Shown: positions 27,595 through 37,901 of the stretch, one piece after another
Position numbering within the stretch: position 1 is the stretch's first letter
Layout of the letters: each line of letters opens with the position of its first letter
Source: K189A clade bacterium
GTDB lineage: Bacteria; Pseudomonadota; Gammaproteobacteria; Pseudomonadales; Azotimanducaceae
DNA: 64,000 bases
Assembly: GCA_902631405.1 (NCBI GenBank)
Contig: CACOYI010000001.1
Coordinates: 83,812 to 147,811 of the forward strand
Direction of reading: 5' to 3'
Notes under the pieces: model-generated
What the model saw: the letters and a program-made list of their open reading frames with translations, nothing else
Databases searched by the model: none
Told to the model about the DNA's origin: nothing
Translations under genes and position numbers: made by a program

Positions 27595-28341
27595 TTACCA
27601 AGTTTCAGTCCAGGGCCTTACAATAGCCTCAAATGTCCATGTCGATTTATGTTGCCGGTGGAGGTGAAGATAGGTCTCTGCGATTTTGTCTGGATCTGCC
27701 ATATTGTCGTTCTCTGAATCGCCAGCAAGCCTGTGGCGCCGAACTCCATCTTCCTGAGTCCACCCGATTGCAGCGTCGATTGGTACATGCACTACATGAA
27801 TGCCCTGTGGCATTAATTCTCTCGCCATGCTCTGCGCTAATCCAGACTTACCGTGGGACGCCATTGCAAAGGCGCCGCTGCGAGGGTAGCCCTTGAATGC
27901 GGCGCTAGCGTTGGTGAAAATAATCGAACCCAGATGATCGTTATCCTCGCGATCCACGGAAAGCATGCTGGCCGCTGCTTGTTGGCCAATCAGAAAGGCA
28001 CTGTATGTCGAGTTCTTAAGTGTTGACAGAGCGAGTTCTGGATCTGCTTCCGTAATCGTTTTTCTAAAAATATCGGGCGACCTGCCGTCAATGTTGTGAA
28101 CGACGAGGTTGGGTGCCCCAAGCTCGCTCTTTACTTTGTCAAACAGTGTGGAAACTTCCTCCGGGATTGAAGCATCGCATCGTATGCAAAGGACACCTAG
28201 CTCTTTTGAAAGTTTTTGCATGGACTCCTTTTCAGGGCTTCTTGCCGCAATTGCCACTTTCATACCTTCCGCTACAAACAATCTGGCGCAGCTCGCACTC
28301 ACGCCTGGTCCACCTCCCACAATCAACGCTACTTCGCTCAT
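27595..28341 (-). CDS. SDR family oxidoreductase (atypical)
   Basis: ALIVGGGPGVS and FTNASA motifs; FxxxH in place of YxxxK (FAMASHG). GGAGG RBS before ATG 28341. Confidence 0.85.
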   Translation of the reverse strand: MSEVALIVGGGPGVSASCARLFVAEGMKVAIAARSPEKESMQKLSKELGVLCIRCDASIPEEVSTLFDKVKSELGAPNLVVHNIDGRSPDIFRKTITEADPELALSTLKNSTYSAFLIGQQAAASMLSVDREDNDHLGSIIFTNASAAFKGYPRSGAFAMASHGKSGLAQSMARELMPQGIHVVHVPIDAAIGWTQEDGVRRHRLAGDSENDNMADPDKIAETYLHLHRQHKSTWTFEAIVRPWTETW

Positions 28342-28476
28342 AATGGCGACCTCCATATGATGTCTCCCAGGATAACTCTCAACATTTTATAGCGGGTACG
28401 ATTTCATGCTACCCAGCCCTGGAGAGAGAACCCTCTCGTTAGTACCGCGGTAGAGACGTCTACAAAATTGTGCAAG

Positions 28477-30156
28477 TTATCTCGTTATTGCCAACACCTC
28501 ACTCTCAAGCCATCCATACCTTACACTCTTCGCCTCTATAACCTCGGAGTCGATAGGCCCGCTGTAGATTTCCCAACGTCTAGTTCCTGGTATTCGCCAA
28601 CCAATACTGGCGTTAGATGAGCTTGTGAGAACGATGCGATTTCCACTAATGAAGAATTCCGGTGGATTTGTCTGTCTTAACCGACCCCCACGAAGAAAAT
28701 CGTCTCTCATGTCTCTTTCAGAAATATTTCCCCACGAATCGTGTCGATTGATGAATTTGTCTAGGGTCGAACTTAGCCTGTCTTTGATCTCGGCATAATC
28801 ACTCTCTCTGACAAGGTTCACGGTTTCGTGAGGATCTCTCTTCAGGTCGAATAATTTTTCTCGCCCAAATGGCTTAAACCACTCAGACTGGATTGCGTTC
28901 GTGAGCCCTTTCGCGTGGGCTTCCCTCCATGCTCGTGTTATCTCTAAGTTGTCTCGATAGGCTAAGGAATGACCACCGGGAACGGATTCATTGAAGCTTC
29001 GAATGTACTTATATTGTTGGTCTCGTACTGCTCGCTGGCGATCATCTACTTCGTCAATACGATCACGGCTAGCAAATACATACTCCCTCTTTTGCGAGTT
29101 ATTGGTGAGAAAGTCGCGACCGTGATGCCAGTCCAATTTTTCGATATCAGCAAGACCTAGAATGGTCGGAGCTAAGTCTACAAAACTTATCATTTGATGA
29201 TCTGGCGCACTCGATTGGTTCTGATTGCCAGCGATGATCATTGGCACCTTGATGCCAGAGTCATAAAGTTCGCGTTTTGCGCGGGGTAAACCGTCTCCAT
29301 GGTCACTAGTCCAGATGATGACCGTGTTATTCTCTAAATTATCCGCTGCAAGATCTTTCAGAATCAATCCCACCCTCTTGTCCATCCGGTGGATGTTGTT
29401 GTAGTGCTGGGCAATGTCTGTTCTCATCTCAGTAAGATCGGGGTAGTAAGGCTCAAGGTTAACCAGTTTGGGGTCGGTTATCCTAGCGCCGTTTAAGTTG
29501 GCTTTTTGCCTGAATGCAATGGTTTGGCGATGGCCCTCGCTATGTATAACCCCGTCATGTCTCATCAAGCCGCTTTCATGGGTTTCCGAAAAGTTGATTA
29601 AGCCAAAAAAAGGTTGGCCAGCCTTCCGTTGTCTCCAGGCGAGGTGATCCTCGCCCTCAACATCCCAGATAGTAAAGGGACCTGTACCAGAGTAGATCCC
29701 GCTAAATTGATAGTCGAGTTTTCGGTCCGTAAACGTGAAATAGCCCTTAGTTCGCAGTATTTCAGGGAATGCCTTCACCTCCTCGGAGGGCAGTGCAAAG
29801 TATTTTCCGTGCGGTGAAGTCGATGATCTCATGTGCTGTGCGCCCATGCTGATTTGGTGTTGCCCAGTAATAAGAGCCGCACGACTGGGTGCACAGACCC
29901 CTGCGGTAGTAAATACGTTGGTGAAGATCTGACCAGACTGGGCAAGTCTGTCGATATTTGGAGTCTTTGCCACCTGATCGCCATACGCGCCCAGCCGATT
30001 GCTGAGATCTTCCGCGACCAATAACAGAATATTAGGTTGCTCTTTGGATTGTGCGAGATTTTCGAATGAGATGCTCCAGATCAAAATAAGGAAAAAAAAC
30101 TGGAATGGTTGAAAAGAAATCTTCTTTGAGGAAAAAGTTATCGCCTTATCTTTCAT
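28477..30156 (-). CDS. Formylglycine-dependent sulfatase, exported
   Basis: PNILLLVAEDL, CAPSRAALITG (CxPxR), WTSDHG and an N-terminal hydrophobic signal. Confidence 0.92.
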   Translation of the reverse strand: MKDKAITFSSKKISFQPFQFFFLILIWSISFENLAQSKEQPNILLLVAEDLSNRLGAYGDQVAKTPNIDRLAQSGQIFTNVFTTAGVCAPSRAALITGQHQISMGAQHMRSSTSPHGKYFALPSEEVKAFPEILRTKGYFTFTDRKLDYQFSGIYSGTGPFTIWDVEGEDHLAWRQRKAGQPFFGLINFSETHESGLMRHDGVIHSEGHRQTIAFRQKANLNGARITDPKLVNLEPYYPDLTEMRTDIAQHYNNIHRMDKRVGLILKDLAADNLENNTVIIWTSDHGDGLPRAKRELYDSGIKVPMIIAGNQNQSSAPDHQMISFVDLAPTILGLADIEKLDWHHGRDFLTNNSQKREYVFASRDRIDEVDDRQRAVRDQQYKYIRSFNESVPGGHSLAYRDNLEITRAWREAHAKGLTNAIQSEWFKPFGREKLFDLKRDPHETVNLVRESDYAEIKDRLSSTLDKFINRHDSWGNISERDMRDDFLRGGRLRQTNPPEFFISGNRIVLTSSSNASIGWRIPGTRRWEIYSGPIDSEVIEAKSVRYGWLESEVLAITR

Positions 30157-30322
30157 TTTTTCGCTGCTTATTTTGTATTGCGCTTTCTAGACTACAGCAA
30201 ATTCAGAAGTTCCTTACTCAACAAAAATTCATGTCATAATTCAAAGACGAGTATTAAATCGATAATTCCGCCGCGGAAGCTTTTGTTGAAAAGAGCCCCA
30301 AAAAAGTAATCGAGGATAATTA

Positions 30323-32185
30323 ATGGCTCCTAAAGAAGAAGTTGAACCCAGTCCTGAGGGTGATGAACTTTACAAAATAAGACACAGTCTGGCCCACGTG
30401 CTTGCTCAGGCGGTCTTAGATATGAGACCTGGCAGTACTCTGGGTTTTGGGCCGCCCATTAGTGATGGTTTTTATTATGACTTTGTTTTGACCTCACCAA
30501 TAACCGAAGAGGATTTTCCTGAGCTAACTAAGCGCATAAAAAAAATCTGCAAGCAAGGCCAAAAGTTCTATCGGGAAGACTTAGACGCTGAAGAGGCGTT
30601 AAAGCGAATAGAGGAAATGGGCGAACCATATAAGAGAGAATATGGAGCGGAGCTGATTGAGAAAAACAACTTATCCTCACTTTCTTTTTATCGTAATGGA
30701 CCCTTCCTCGATATGTGCCAGGGTCCTCATGTTGAGACGACGAAAGAAATTCCCAGGGACGGGTTCAAACTTAGAAGCGTGGCAGGTGCATATTGGCGAG
30801 GGGATTCTAAAAACATAATGATGACGCGGATCTATGGTTGGGCCTTCGAGACGGTTGCCGAACTAGAATCGCACGTTCGGGCTTTTGAAGAAGCGCAAGC
30901 TAGAGACCATAAAAAGTTAGGGAGAGAATTGGGAATCTACGCGATCGACCACGATATAGGTAAAGGTTTGCCCCTGTGGCTCCCCAATGGAACCATCGTC
31001 CGTGATGAACTTGAGCGTTTGGCGAAGGAACTCGAATTTAAGGCAGGCTATCAGCGAGTGACAACTCCTCATCTAGCAAAAGAGTCGCTCTACCATACGA
31101 CCGGCCACCTCCCGTACTACGAGGAAGATATGTACCCTCCTATGGAATTAATGGAGTCCACGGAGGTTTCTGAAATCGATGATATAGATGGAATACGACA
31201 GACCGAACAGGTTAAGGAGGCCTACCGGCTAAGACCGATGAATTGTCCGCATCATCATAAGGTCTTTGATGCTGAACCCCGTAGCTACAGGGATCTCCCG
31301 CTGAGGCTTGCAGAGTATGGACAGGTCTACCGATTTGAAGACTCCGGCGCAGTAAGTGGATTGTTACGAGTAAGAGGTATGTGCATGAATGACGCACATA
31401 TTTACTGTACTCGCGATCAGATCAAAGAAGAGTTCAAAGCTGTAATGGCCATGTATCAGGAGGCATACGATATTTTGGGCCTGGATAATTTTCAAATTCG
31501 TTTATCTAAGTGGGATCCGGAGGATCCTAAGGGAAAAGAAAAATACGTAGATGATCCAGAAAACTGGGCTACCTCGGAAGAAATGTTGGAAGAAGTTCTT
31601 GTTGAACTCGGAATAGATTTTAGGACTGGTATCGGAGAGGCAGCCTTTTATGGGCCCAAGATAGATATACAGTTTGTCACGGTGACTGGCAGGGAGGAAT
31701 CCGTCTCCACCGTTCAATTAGATTTTGCTGTCCCTGACAGAATGGGGCTGAAGTACACTGGCTCCGATGGAAAGGAGCATGTTCCTTACTGTATTCACCG
31801 AGCACCATTTAGCACGCACGAGAGGATGGTAGCGTTCCTGATAGAACACTACAACGGAGCTTTCCCGACTTGGCTCGCTCCGGTGCAAGTTCAGATATTG
31901 ACCGTTTCTGAACAATTTGACGAATATGGTAAAGAGATTGTGGCTGAATTGAGGCAGAACTTTGTTCGCGCCGAAATGGCTCCCTCAAACGATACGCTTC
32001 CAAAAAAAATAAGGTCCGGAACCACAAAGAAAATTCCAAATTTATTGATCGTTGGTGAACGAGAAGTTGCGGATGGAACAGTCACCTTAAGGCGATATGG
32101 TCAAAACAAGCAAGAAACGATGGCTAGTGGCCTATTCGTTGAACGTCTAGTTGATGCAATTCAGAGAAGATCTGCAACGGTTTAG
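30323..32185 (+). CDS. thrS: Threonine--tRNA ligase (no N-terminal TGS domain)
   Basis: RHSLAH, DMCQGPH, RDHKKLG, RPMNCPHH, YRFEDSG, GEAAFYGPKID and IHRA motifs. Confidence 0.97.
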   Translation: MAPKEEVEPSPEGDELYKIRHSLAHVLAQAVLDMRPGSTLGFGPPISDGFYYDFVLTSPITEEDFPELTKRIKKICKQGQKFYREDLDAEEALKRIEEMGEPYKREYGAELIEKNNLSSLSFYRNGPFLDMCQGPHVETTKEIPRDGFKLRSVAGAYWRGDSKNIMMTRIYGWAFETVAELESHVRAFEEAQARDHKKLGRELGIYAIDHDIGKGLPLWLPNGTIVRDELERLAKELEFKAGYQRVTTPHLAKESLYHTTGHLPYYEEDMYPPMELMESTEVSEIDDIDGIRQTEQVKEAYRLRPMNCPHHHKVFDAEPRSYRDLPLRLAEYGQVYRFEDSGAVSGLLRVRGMCMNDAHIYCTRDQIKEEFKAVMAMYQEAYDILGLDNFQIRLSKWDPEDPKGKEKYVDDPENWATSEEMLEEVLVELGIDFRTGIGEAAFYGPKIDIQFVTVTGREESVSTVQLDFAVPDRMGLKYTGSDGKEHVPYCIHRAPFSTHERMVAFLIEHYNGAFPTWLAPVQVQILTVSEQFDEYGKEIVAELRQNFVRAEMAPSNDTLPKKIRSGTTKKIPNLLIVGEREVADGTVTLRRYGQNKQETMASGLFVERLVDAIQRRSATV

Positions 32186-32244
32186 TCTTGTAAAACTAGA
32201 TCTAAAAGATATGAAACGCCCTGCATGTTTATGTTCCATGGGGC

Positions 32245-34458
32245 TTATTTGATAGAGGCCAGCTCTCTTCCTCTTTCGCCACTTGGATCTAGTTTAATCA
32301 AGTCTCTAAGCACGCGGCCAGCCTCTTCAAGCATTGGGTCGTCCTCGATCTTCTCAAAGGTCAACATAGACTGTTGGGTCTCATTTCCTAAGTCCTCGTC
32401 GGCGTCCGCGGGTTCTTCTGCTTCTTCGAGTTCCTCCAAGTGATCCAAAGAAGTGGCAGCGGTCTTCCCAGTGCTGACTCTCAGATTGTTCTCCACCATG
32501 AGTCTCCACTTGTCTTCATTCTGTTTCTCGGCAAGCCTCGTACTCTCCTTCAGTGAGATTGTCTTTTTTAGTTTGTTCTCCTCGGCTTTCTCAGAGATTG
32601 CCTTGTAGTAGGTAAAGTAAGGATTAGATTGAACCCTTTTCTGATGATTTAGCTCCAGATTCTCCAAGCGATTTCCGACGGAATATTCTTTTTTGTAATC
32701 GATGGGCTCGATCACATCCCAAACTAAGGCTCCATCGAGGCTGCTCTCTCCGATTTCTTCAAAATCTACGAGCGTGGGGAACTCAATATCTGGGATAATG
32801 CCTCTATGTTGAGTACTCTTACCCGATACGCGATAAAACTTGGCTGCGGTTAGTTTAAGTTGACCTCTGTTTAAGGGGATCAGAGTTTGAACCGTGCCTT
32901 TCCCAAAGGTTTGACTTCCCAGGACAATCCCTCTTCCATAATCTTGAATTGCTCCGGCGAATATTTCGGAGGCTGATGCGCTGAGACGATTAACGAGAAC
33001 TGCCAGTGGCCCCTCCCAAGCTACTTGCTGACCATTATTCGCAAAAATATTCGCGTCTCGTCGTGCTGCTTTTACTTGCACTGTTGGGACAGAACCTAAG
33101 AATAGCCCGGTCATCTGATCTGCTTCTTGCAATGAGCCGCCGCCATTGCTGCGAAGGTCTACCAGCAAACCGTCCACTCCTTCCTGCTTCATTTTCGCGA
33201 TGATTCTTTTAACGTCTCTTGTCGTGCTTCTGTAGTCTTTTTCCCCTTTCTGCTGAGCTTTGAAGTCGATGTAGAAGGTTGGAATTTCGATTACACCTAA
33301 TTTGATCGACCTAGAAACTAACTCTGTTGTAGTGGGCACCCCAGCATCAGTCAATTCTAATTCTAAGATACGACCTTGGGCGGCCTGTTCTTCGAGCTTG
33401 ATCGTGTTTCTCACTATGCTGACACTCTTCGTGCTCTCCTGATCTCCCTCCTTGCTGAGGACTTGCAGTTTTACTGTGGAGCCCTTTGGGCCTCTGATGA
33501 GAGACACAACATCGTCCAGTCTCCATCCGACGATATCGATCATGGGCCCTGTTGAGCCTTGACCGACCGCGGTTATTTTGTCGGCTGGACTCAGTTCGCC
33601 GGATTTAGCAGCAGGGCCGGCCGGGACAAGTCGGACAATAGAGGTCATATCGTCTTCTGATTTAAGGACGGCTCCGATGCCCTCGAGCGACAAAGACATA
33701 TTGATATTGAAGTTGTCAGAGGTTCTCGGCGAGAAGTAAGTTGTATGCGGATCGAAGATCGACGTGAAGGAATTCATATACAATTGAAAAGCGTCTTCGC
33801 TCTTCGTTCTGGCCACCATTTTTAGCTGATTCGAGTACCGTTTCTCAAGGGTCTCTGTAATTTCCTCGGCCGGTTTATCGTTGAGTCGCATTGATAAGAT
33901 TTGAGCCTTAACGCGCCTTTTCCAAAGAGCTCTTTGCGTCTCTTGCGTCTCAGGCCAACTAGCATTCTCTCTATCAATATCAAGGTATTCGTCTTTCGTA
34001 AAATCTAGTTTTTCCTGACGAGACTTGACCAAATCGACCGAAAATTTTAGGAATGAAGTGAGTCTTTTCTGATAGACGTTGAAAATTTCAAAAGCAATCC
34101 TCAGGTCGCCCTTATTCAGTGAGTCATCGAGCTCGAACCTATACTTTTCGAAAGAGGCGATGTCGTTCTGCGTAAAGTAGGTTTTATTTCTATCCAGCGA
34201 AGAAAGATAATTTTCGAAGATATCGCTGGACAGTTGGTCATCGAGCTTTTTTTTCTCGTAGTGGTTCCTCTTCAACTGCTCGACAATTTGTATGTTTGTC
34301 CTTCGATGTTCGGTTAGTGGAAAAAGATCTGGAACGCCAGAAGAATTTTGATCAGTAGCGCTAGTTTGAGCGTATGTATCCGCCCCGCAGATGGACAAGA
34401 CTGTAAGCAACCCCAGCAAGGCTGCCAACGAGGAATATCTGCCATTATGTCCAATCAT
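32245..34458 (-). CDS. prc: Carboxy-terminal processing (tail-specific) protease
   Basis: DPHTTY, LEGIGAVL PDZ, DLRSNGGGSL, SASASEI and TFGKGTVQ motifs. Confidence 0.92.
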   Translation of the reverse strand: MIGHNGRYSSLAALLGLLTVLSICGADTYAQTSATDQNSSGVPDLFPLTEHRRTNIQIVEQLKRNHYEKKKLDDQLSSDIFENYLSSLDRNKTYFTQNDIASFEKYRFELDDSLNKGDLRIAFEIFNVYQKRLTSFLKFSVDLVKSRQEKLDFTKDEYLDIDRENASWPETQETQRALWKRRVKAQILSMRLNDKPAEEITETLEKRYSNQLKMVARTKSEDAFQLYMNSFTSIFDPHTTYFSPRTSDNFNINMSLSLEGIGAVLKSEDDMTSIVRLVPAGPAAKSGELSPADKITAVGQGSTGPMIDIVGWRLDDVVSLIRGPKGSTVKLQVLSKEGDQESTKSVSIVRNTIKLEEQAAQGRILELELTDAGVPTTTELVSRSIKLGVIEIPTFYIDFKAQQKGEKDYRSTTRDVKRIIAKMKQEGVDGLLVDLRSNGGGSLQEADQMTGLFLGSVPTVQVKAARRDANIFANNGQQVAWEGPLAVLVNRLSASASEIFAGAIQDYGRGIVLGSQTFGKGTVQTLIPLNRGQLKLTAAKFYRVSGKSTQHRGIIPDIEFPTLVDFEEIGESSLDGALVWDVIEPIDYKKEYSVGNRLENLELNHQKRVQSNPYFTYYKAISEKAEENKLKKTISLKESTRLAEKQNEDKWRLMVENNLRVSTGKTAATSLDHLEELEEAEEPADADEDLGNETQQSMLTFEKIEDDPMLEEAGRVLRDLIKLDPSGERGRELASIK

Positions 34459-34667
34459 TATGCGAGCCTTTCCAACGAGCTTGGCTTAGTGTTAGCGGAA
34501 ATGTAATACTCATACTCTGATCCTGACGGGATGATGCGTCAACGGTTGACTGACTCTTTTTTTGTCTGTCGAACTGTAGATCAGATCGATAGGCCTAATG
34601 ATGTCTTATATCTTTAGCATGGCGCTGATTGAAAAAATTCTAACTAATTCAAAGAAAGGAGTGATAG

Positions 34668-35117
34668 ATGCAAAACCGGATGGGATGGAACTTCTTGATA
34701 GCGGGTGTCTTCATTTTTATTGTCACGAGTTCGAGCTCTACTCTCGCCTCGCCAGAGTATCTGAAGGAGAACAGCGTGAGGGATGGAGTGGTAGTGCTTC
34801 CATCAGGACTGCAGTATGAAATTATGGTCGAGGGAAAGGGAGCCAAGCCTGGTCCAAGGGATGTAGTGACTACTCACTACCACGGCACGCTTACGGATGG
34901 CTCGGTGTTCGATAGTAGTGTTGAAAGGAGAGCGCCGGCAAGTTTTCCCTTGGACAGAGTCATAGCCGGATGGACAGAGGGCCTTCAGCTCATGTCAGTA
35001 GGTTCAAAGTGGAAGTTCTTTATTCCGTCGAACCTGGCTTATGGGGACAGAAGAATCCCAGGCATACCGCCCAACTCGACTTTGATTTTTGAGGTTGAAT
35101 TACTGGACATAGAATAG
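34668..35117 (+). CDS. FKBP-type peptidyl-prolyl cis-trans isomerase
   Basis: SGLQY, HYHGTLTDGSVFDSS, VIAGWTEGL and IPPNSTLIFEVELL motifs. Confidence 0.93.
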   Translation: MQNRMGWNFLIAGVFIFIVTSSSSTLASPEYLKENSVRDGVVVLPSGLQYEIMVEGKGAKPGPRDVVTTHYHGTLTDGSVFDSSVERRAPASFPLDRVIAGWTEGLQLMSVGSKWKFFIPSNLAYGDRRIPGIPPNSTLIFEVELLDIE

Positions 35118-35211
35118 GAGCCCTTGAGAAGGCTTCTATAAAGACCCATTCAATGGAGACCTATTCGTAGGGGTACAGATTTAATACTTGCACTCTTTAA
35201 GGCGAGATACG

Positions 35212-36459
35212 ATGCTGTCGTCGGGGGTAGAGGATTTGGCAGACGAGACATCGATTTGGCGATCCAGAGGTTTTCAGGCCTATCTGGGTTCGACAGCATT
35301 CTCCGGCATGGCGCTCGCTATGCAGCAACTCCTCTTCAGTTGGATATTGATCGGGATCCTAGAGCTTCCGGCCGATCAAGTCGGATTAATCCAGGGACTT
35401 ATCGGCATTCCTGGAATTTTTCTTATGTTGATGGGCGGAGCGAGGGCGGATAGCAGGGACGCAAGACGTTTATTGCTTCAAATTTATTTTCTGGCGCCGA
35501 TTTTACCTATATTCCTTGTTGTCATAGAACAATGGCAATGGTTGGGGGTCGCTTCTGTGACGATATGGGGGTTTGGTATGGGTGTGGTTCAGTCTTATTC
35601 CATGCCAGCCCAGCAGGCCATATTAAACCGGGTGAGCGGAAGTGCTGTTCAAGAGGGCGTAACGGCGGCGACAGCCATTGGGTTTATTGTGCAGGTCGTT
35701 GGATTGGCATTAGCAGGACAGATTGATCGAGTAGGTGTGACTCCAGTGCTGGTAATGCAGGCTTCTACCCTGTTGCTTGCAGCTCTTATGACCCTTCGGA
35801 TAGCACCTATGAAAGTGGCCCCAAGTTCGCACAATAACAAGTCTTCCTTAGCCGATATTCGTGATGGACTTCAGGCGACTTATCGCAATCCGGTGGTCTT
35901 TGACTCCCTGATAATAACTTTTATTTCAAGCATTTTTAACGCGGGTTCGTTTGTCACCGCGTTCCCTTTCATTGTCAAACGCGTTTACGATGGGGATGCT
36001 CTGATGCTTGCAATTCTGATGGCGATATTTTTTGCCGGCGCGGCTCTGTCGAATATGCTGCTCCTGCGGTTTATGCCACTTAAATTTCCAGGCAAGGTCT
36101 TTCTAGTGATGCAGCTTTCCCGAGTTTTTGTCGTATTTTTGATGTGGATTGAACCAGACTTTTGGCTTCTTGTAGTCGCGACCGTGGGTTGGGGCTTAAA
36201 TATGGGCGTTACGACGAATCTTGCAAGAGGGATTGTTCAAGAGAGCGCAGAATCGGAGTTTACGGGGCGCGTTATGGCGGTATTTAGTATAGGAATGGTG
36301 GGTAGCGCTCCGATTGGCGCAATTTTGCTAGGTTGGGTGATCGAGCGATTCGGTACCCTAAACGCTCTTGTGCCTGCAATGTTTGTCTCTGTGGCGCTAT
36401 TTATCTATGGCGTTTACTTTACGAAGGTATGGACTTACCGGAGCAAGGCGACGCTCTAG
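35212..36459 (+). CDS. MFS transporter
   Basis: About 12 TM segments, GARADSRD motif A, GRVMAVF. Exact start uncertain. Confidence 0.85.
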   Translation: MLSSGVEDLADETSIWRSRGFQAYLGSTAFSGMALAMQQLLFSWILIGILELPADQVGLIQGLIGIPGIFLMLMGGARADSRDARRLLLQIYFLAPILPIFLVVIEQWQWLGVASVTIWGFGMGVVQSYSMPAQQAILNRVSGSAVQEGVTAATAIGFIVQVVGLALAGQIDRVGVTPVLVMQASTLLLAALMTLRIAPMKVAPSSHNNKSSLADIRDGLQATYRNPVVFDSLIITFISSIFNAGSFVTAFPFIVKRVYDGDALMLAILMAIFFAGAALSNMLLLRFMPLKFPGKVFLVMQLSRVFVVFLMWIEPDFWLLVVATVGWGLNMGVTTNLARGIVQESAESEFTGRVMAVFSIGMVGSAPIGAILLGWVIERFGTLNALVPAMFVSVALFIYGVYFTKVWTYRSKATL

Positions 36460-36511
36460 AAAAGGTTCGAACACAAACCTCCTGGAAGCAAAGTTTGTTT
36501 GGAGTAATTTA

Positions 36512-37144
36512 ATGGAAGCGAGACGTGAATATACCCTTGGTAAACTTAACAGCGAAGACCTAAACCTGAGTCCCGTCGATCAATTCGCCTCTTGGCTTGA
36601 GTATGCCGGTGAAAAAGGAATCTCAGATACCACTGCGATGTCTTTGGCGACTGCAGACAAGGATGGTATGCCAACAGTTAGGACCGTTCTGCTCAAGTCC
36701 TTTGATTCACTCGGATTTGTTTGGTATTCAGATGAAAGAAGCGAAAAGGGGCGGAGCATAAGCGATAGGCCCGTAGCGGAAATTTTGTTTTTTTGGAAAG
36801 AACTGGAACGTCAAGTTCGAATACGTGGCAATGTTGAGATGGTCGGAGAGGAGGAGGTTCAGGACTACTTCTTATCGCGTCCTAGAGAAAGTCAGATCGC
36901 TGCTTCGATTTCACAGCAAAGCCAACCCATTGAAACGCGTTTAGAATTAGAGAGGCGATACGAGGAGTTTGAGAGAAAGCACGACTCAGAGCTGGTTTTG
37001 CCAGAGCACTGGAGGGGTTACCGTTTATTGCCTTCACGATATGAATTTTGGCAAGGCAGAAAGGGTCGTCTCCACGACCGTTTCGAATATGTGAAATCAG
37101 GAGAGGTTTCGGATGATTGGGTAATAACTCGACTGCAACCTTAG
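36512..37144 (+). CDS. pdxH: Pyridoxamine 5'-phosphate oxidase
   Basis: RREY, AMSLAT, RTVLLK, ERQVRIRG and EFWQGRKGRLHDR motifs. GGAG RBS before ATG 36512. Confidence 0.95.
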   Translation: MEARREYTLGKLNSEDLNLSPVDQFASWLEYAGEKGISDTTAMSLATADKDGMPTVRTVLLKSFDSLGFVWYSDERSEKGRSISDRPVAEILFFWKELERQVRIRGNVEMVGEEEVQDYFLSRPRESQIAASISQQSQPIETRLELERRYEEFERKHDSELVLPEHWRGYRLLPSRYEFWQGRKGRLHDRFEYVKSGEVSDDWVITRLQP

Positions 37145-37181
37145 GATGACTGTCGTGGAAGAGCGACAACTCGCGTGCGAC

Positions 37182-37892
37182 CTAGTCACAAATCAGCGCT
37201 AACGACCCGCCTACGAATGTCAGGCAAAAGTTCTCTGGACAGAGTGAGCTTTTTTGTTGTACCTCCTCTACGGTGACCAATTCGTTTGGAATAAGAGGCT
37301 CTATCAGTTTCTCGCTAGAAACTTGCTCTAGTCCGATACAAAAAGGAAACTGATAAAGGGGGGGCAGGCGATTGGTAAGTGCAACGTACAATCGTTTTTT
37401 GTCATCGTCGATTTCGAACCGATTGGCACGAGGCAAGCTCACTGCATCCTCCGACTCTCTTTTCGATAGTGTTGTAAAAAGTAAATCTGATCGATAGAGG
37501 TAAAGCCTATAGAGATCGTCATCACGTTTTATCAGTGCTTGCTCATTAACGAGTTTCGCGGAGTCGCTCTTGGAACGGAAAACGAACTCAAAAAAGGACC
37601 CGCACACTCTTTTGCTGCCGTTAGTGAAGCACTCCAAGCTTCGTTGAGCTGTGAGGACTCGATCCTTTTTTTGTATCATCCCCGCATGAGACAGCATCTC
37701 CGCGCACGTCGCTTCTGGGAAATCAATTAGCCCAAACGCATGGCAGCTCTGGTTGCTGGTTTCACCTGATTCTGCTGCCCCAAACCAATCTTCAAGCGCT
37801 CTCCTGGCTTCGTTGATTTCGCGGTCATTACCTTCGAAGTTGCAGCCCGACAAAACTAAAGCTGTCAGCACCAGACGAATAAGAGAATTCAA
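37182..37892 (-). CDS. Hypothetical Cys-rich lipoprotein
   Basis: Lipobox LVLSG-C plus 8 further Cys. Last gene of the NUDIX-ECH-thiolase run. Confidence 0.65.
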   Translation of the reverse strand: MNSLIRLVLTALVLSGCNFEGNDREINEARRALEDWFGAAESGETSNQSCHAFGLIDFPEATCAEMLSHAGMIQKKDRVLTAQRSLECFTNGSKRVCGSFFEFVFRSKSDSAKLVNEQALIKRDDDLYRLYLYRSDLLFTTLSKRESEDAVSLPRANRFEIDDDKKRLYVALTNRLPPLYQFPFCIGLEQVSSEKLIEPLIPNELVTVEEVQQKSSLCPENFCLTFVGGSLALICD

Positions 37893-37901
37893 ACGTTTGT
37901 T

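Noticed and set aside
28357-28476. Cluster of short palindromes (GAGAG-aacc-CTCTC, TACCGCGGTA)
   Set aside because: Stems are too short to distinguish from chance, and no repeat copy was seen elsewhere.
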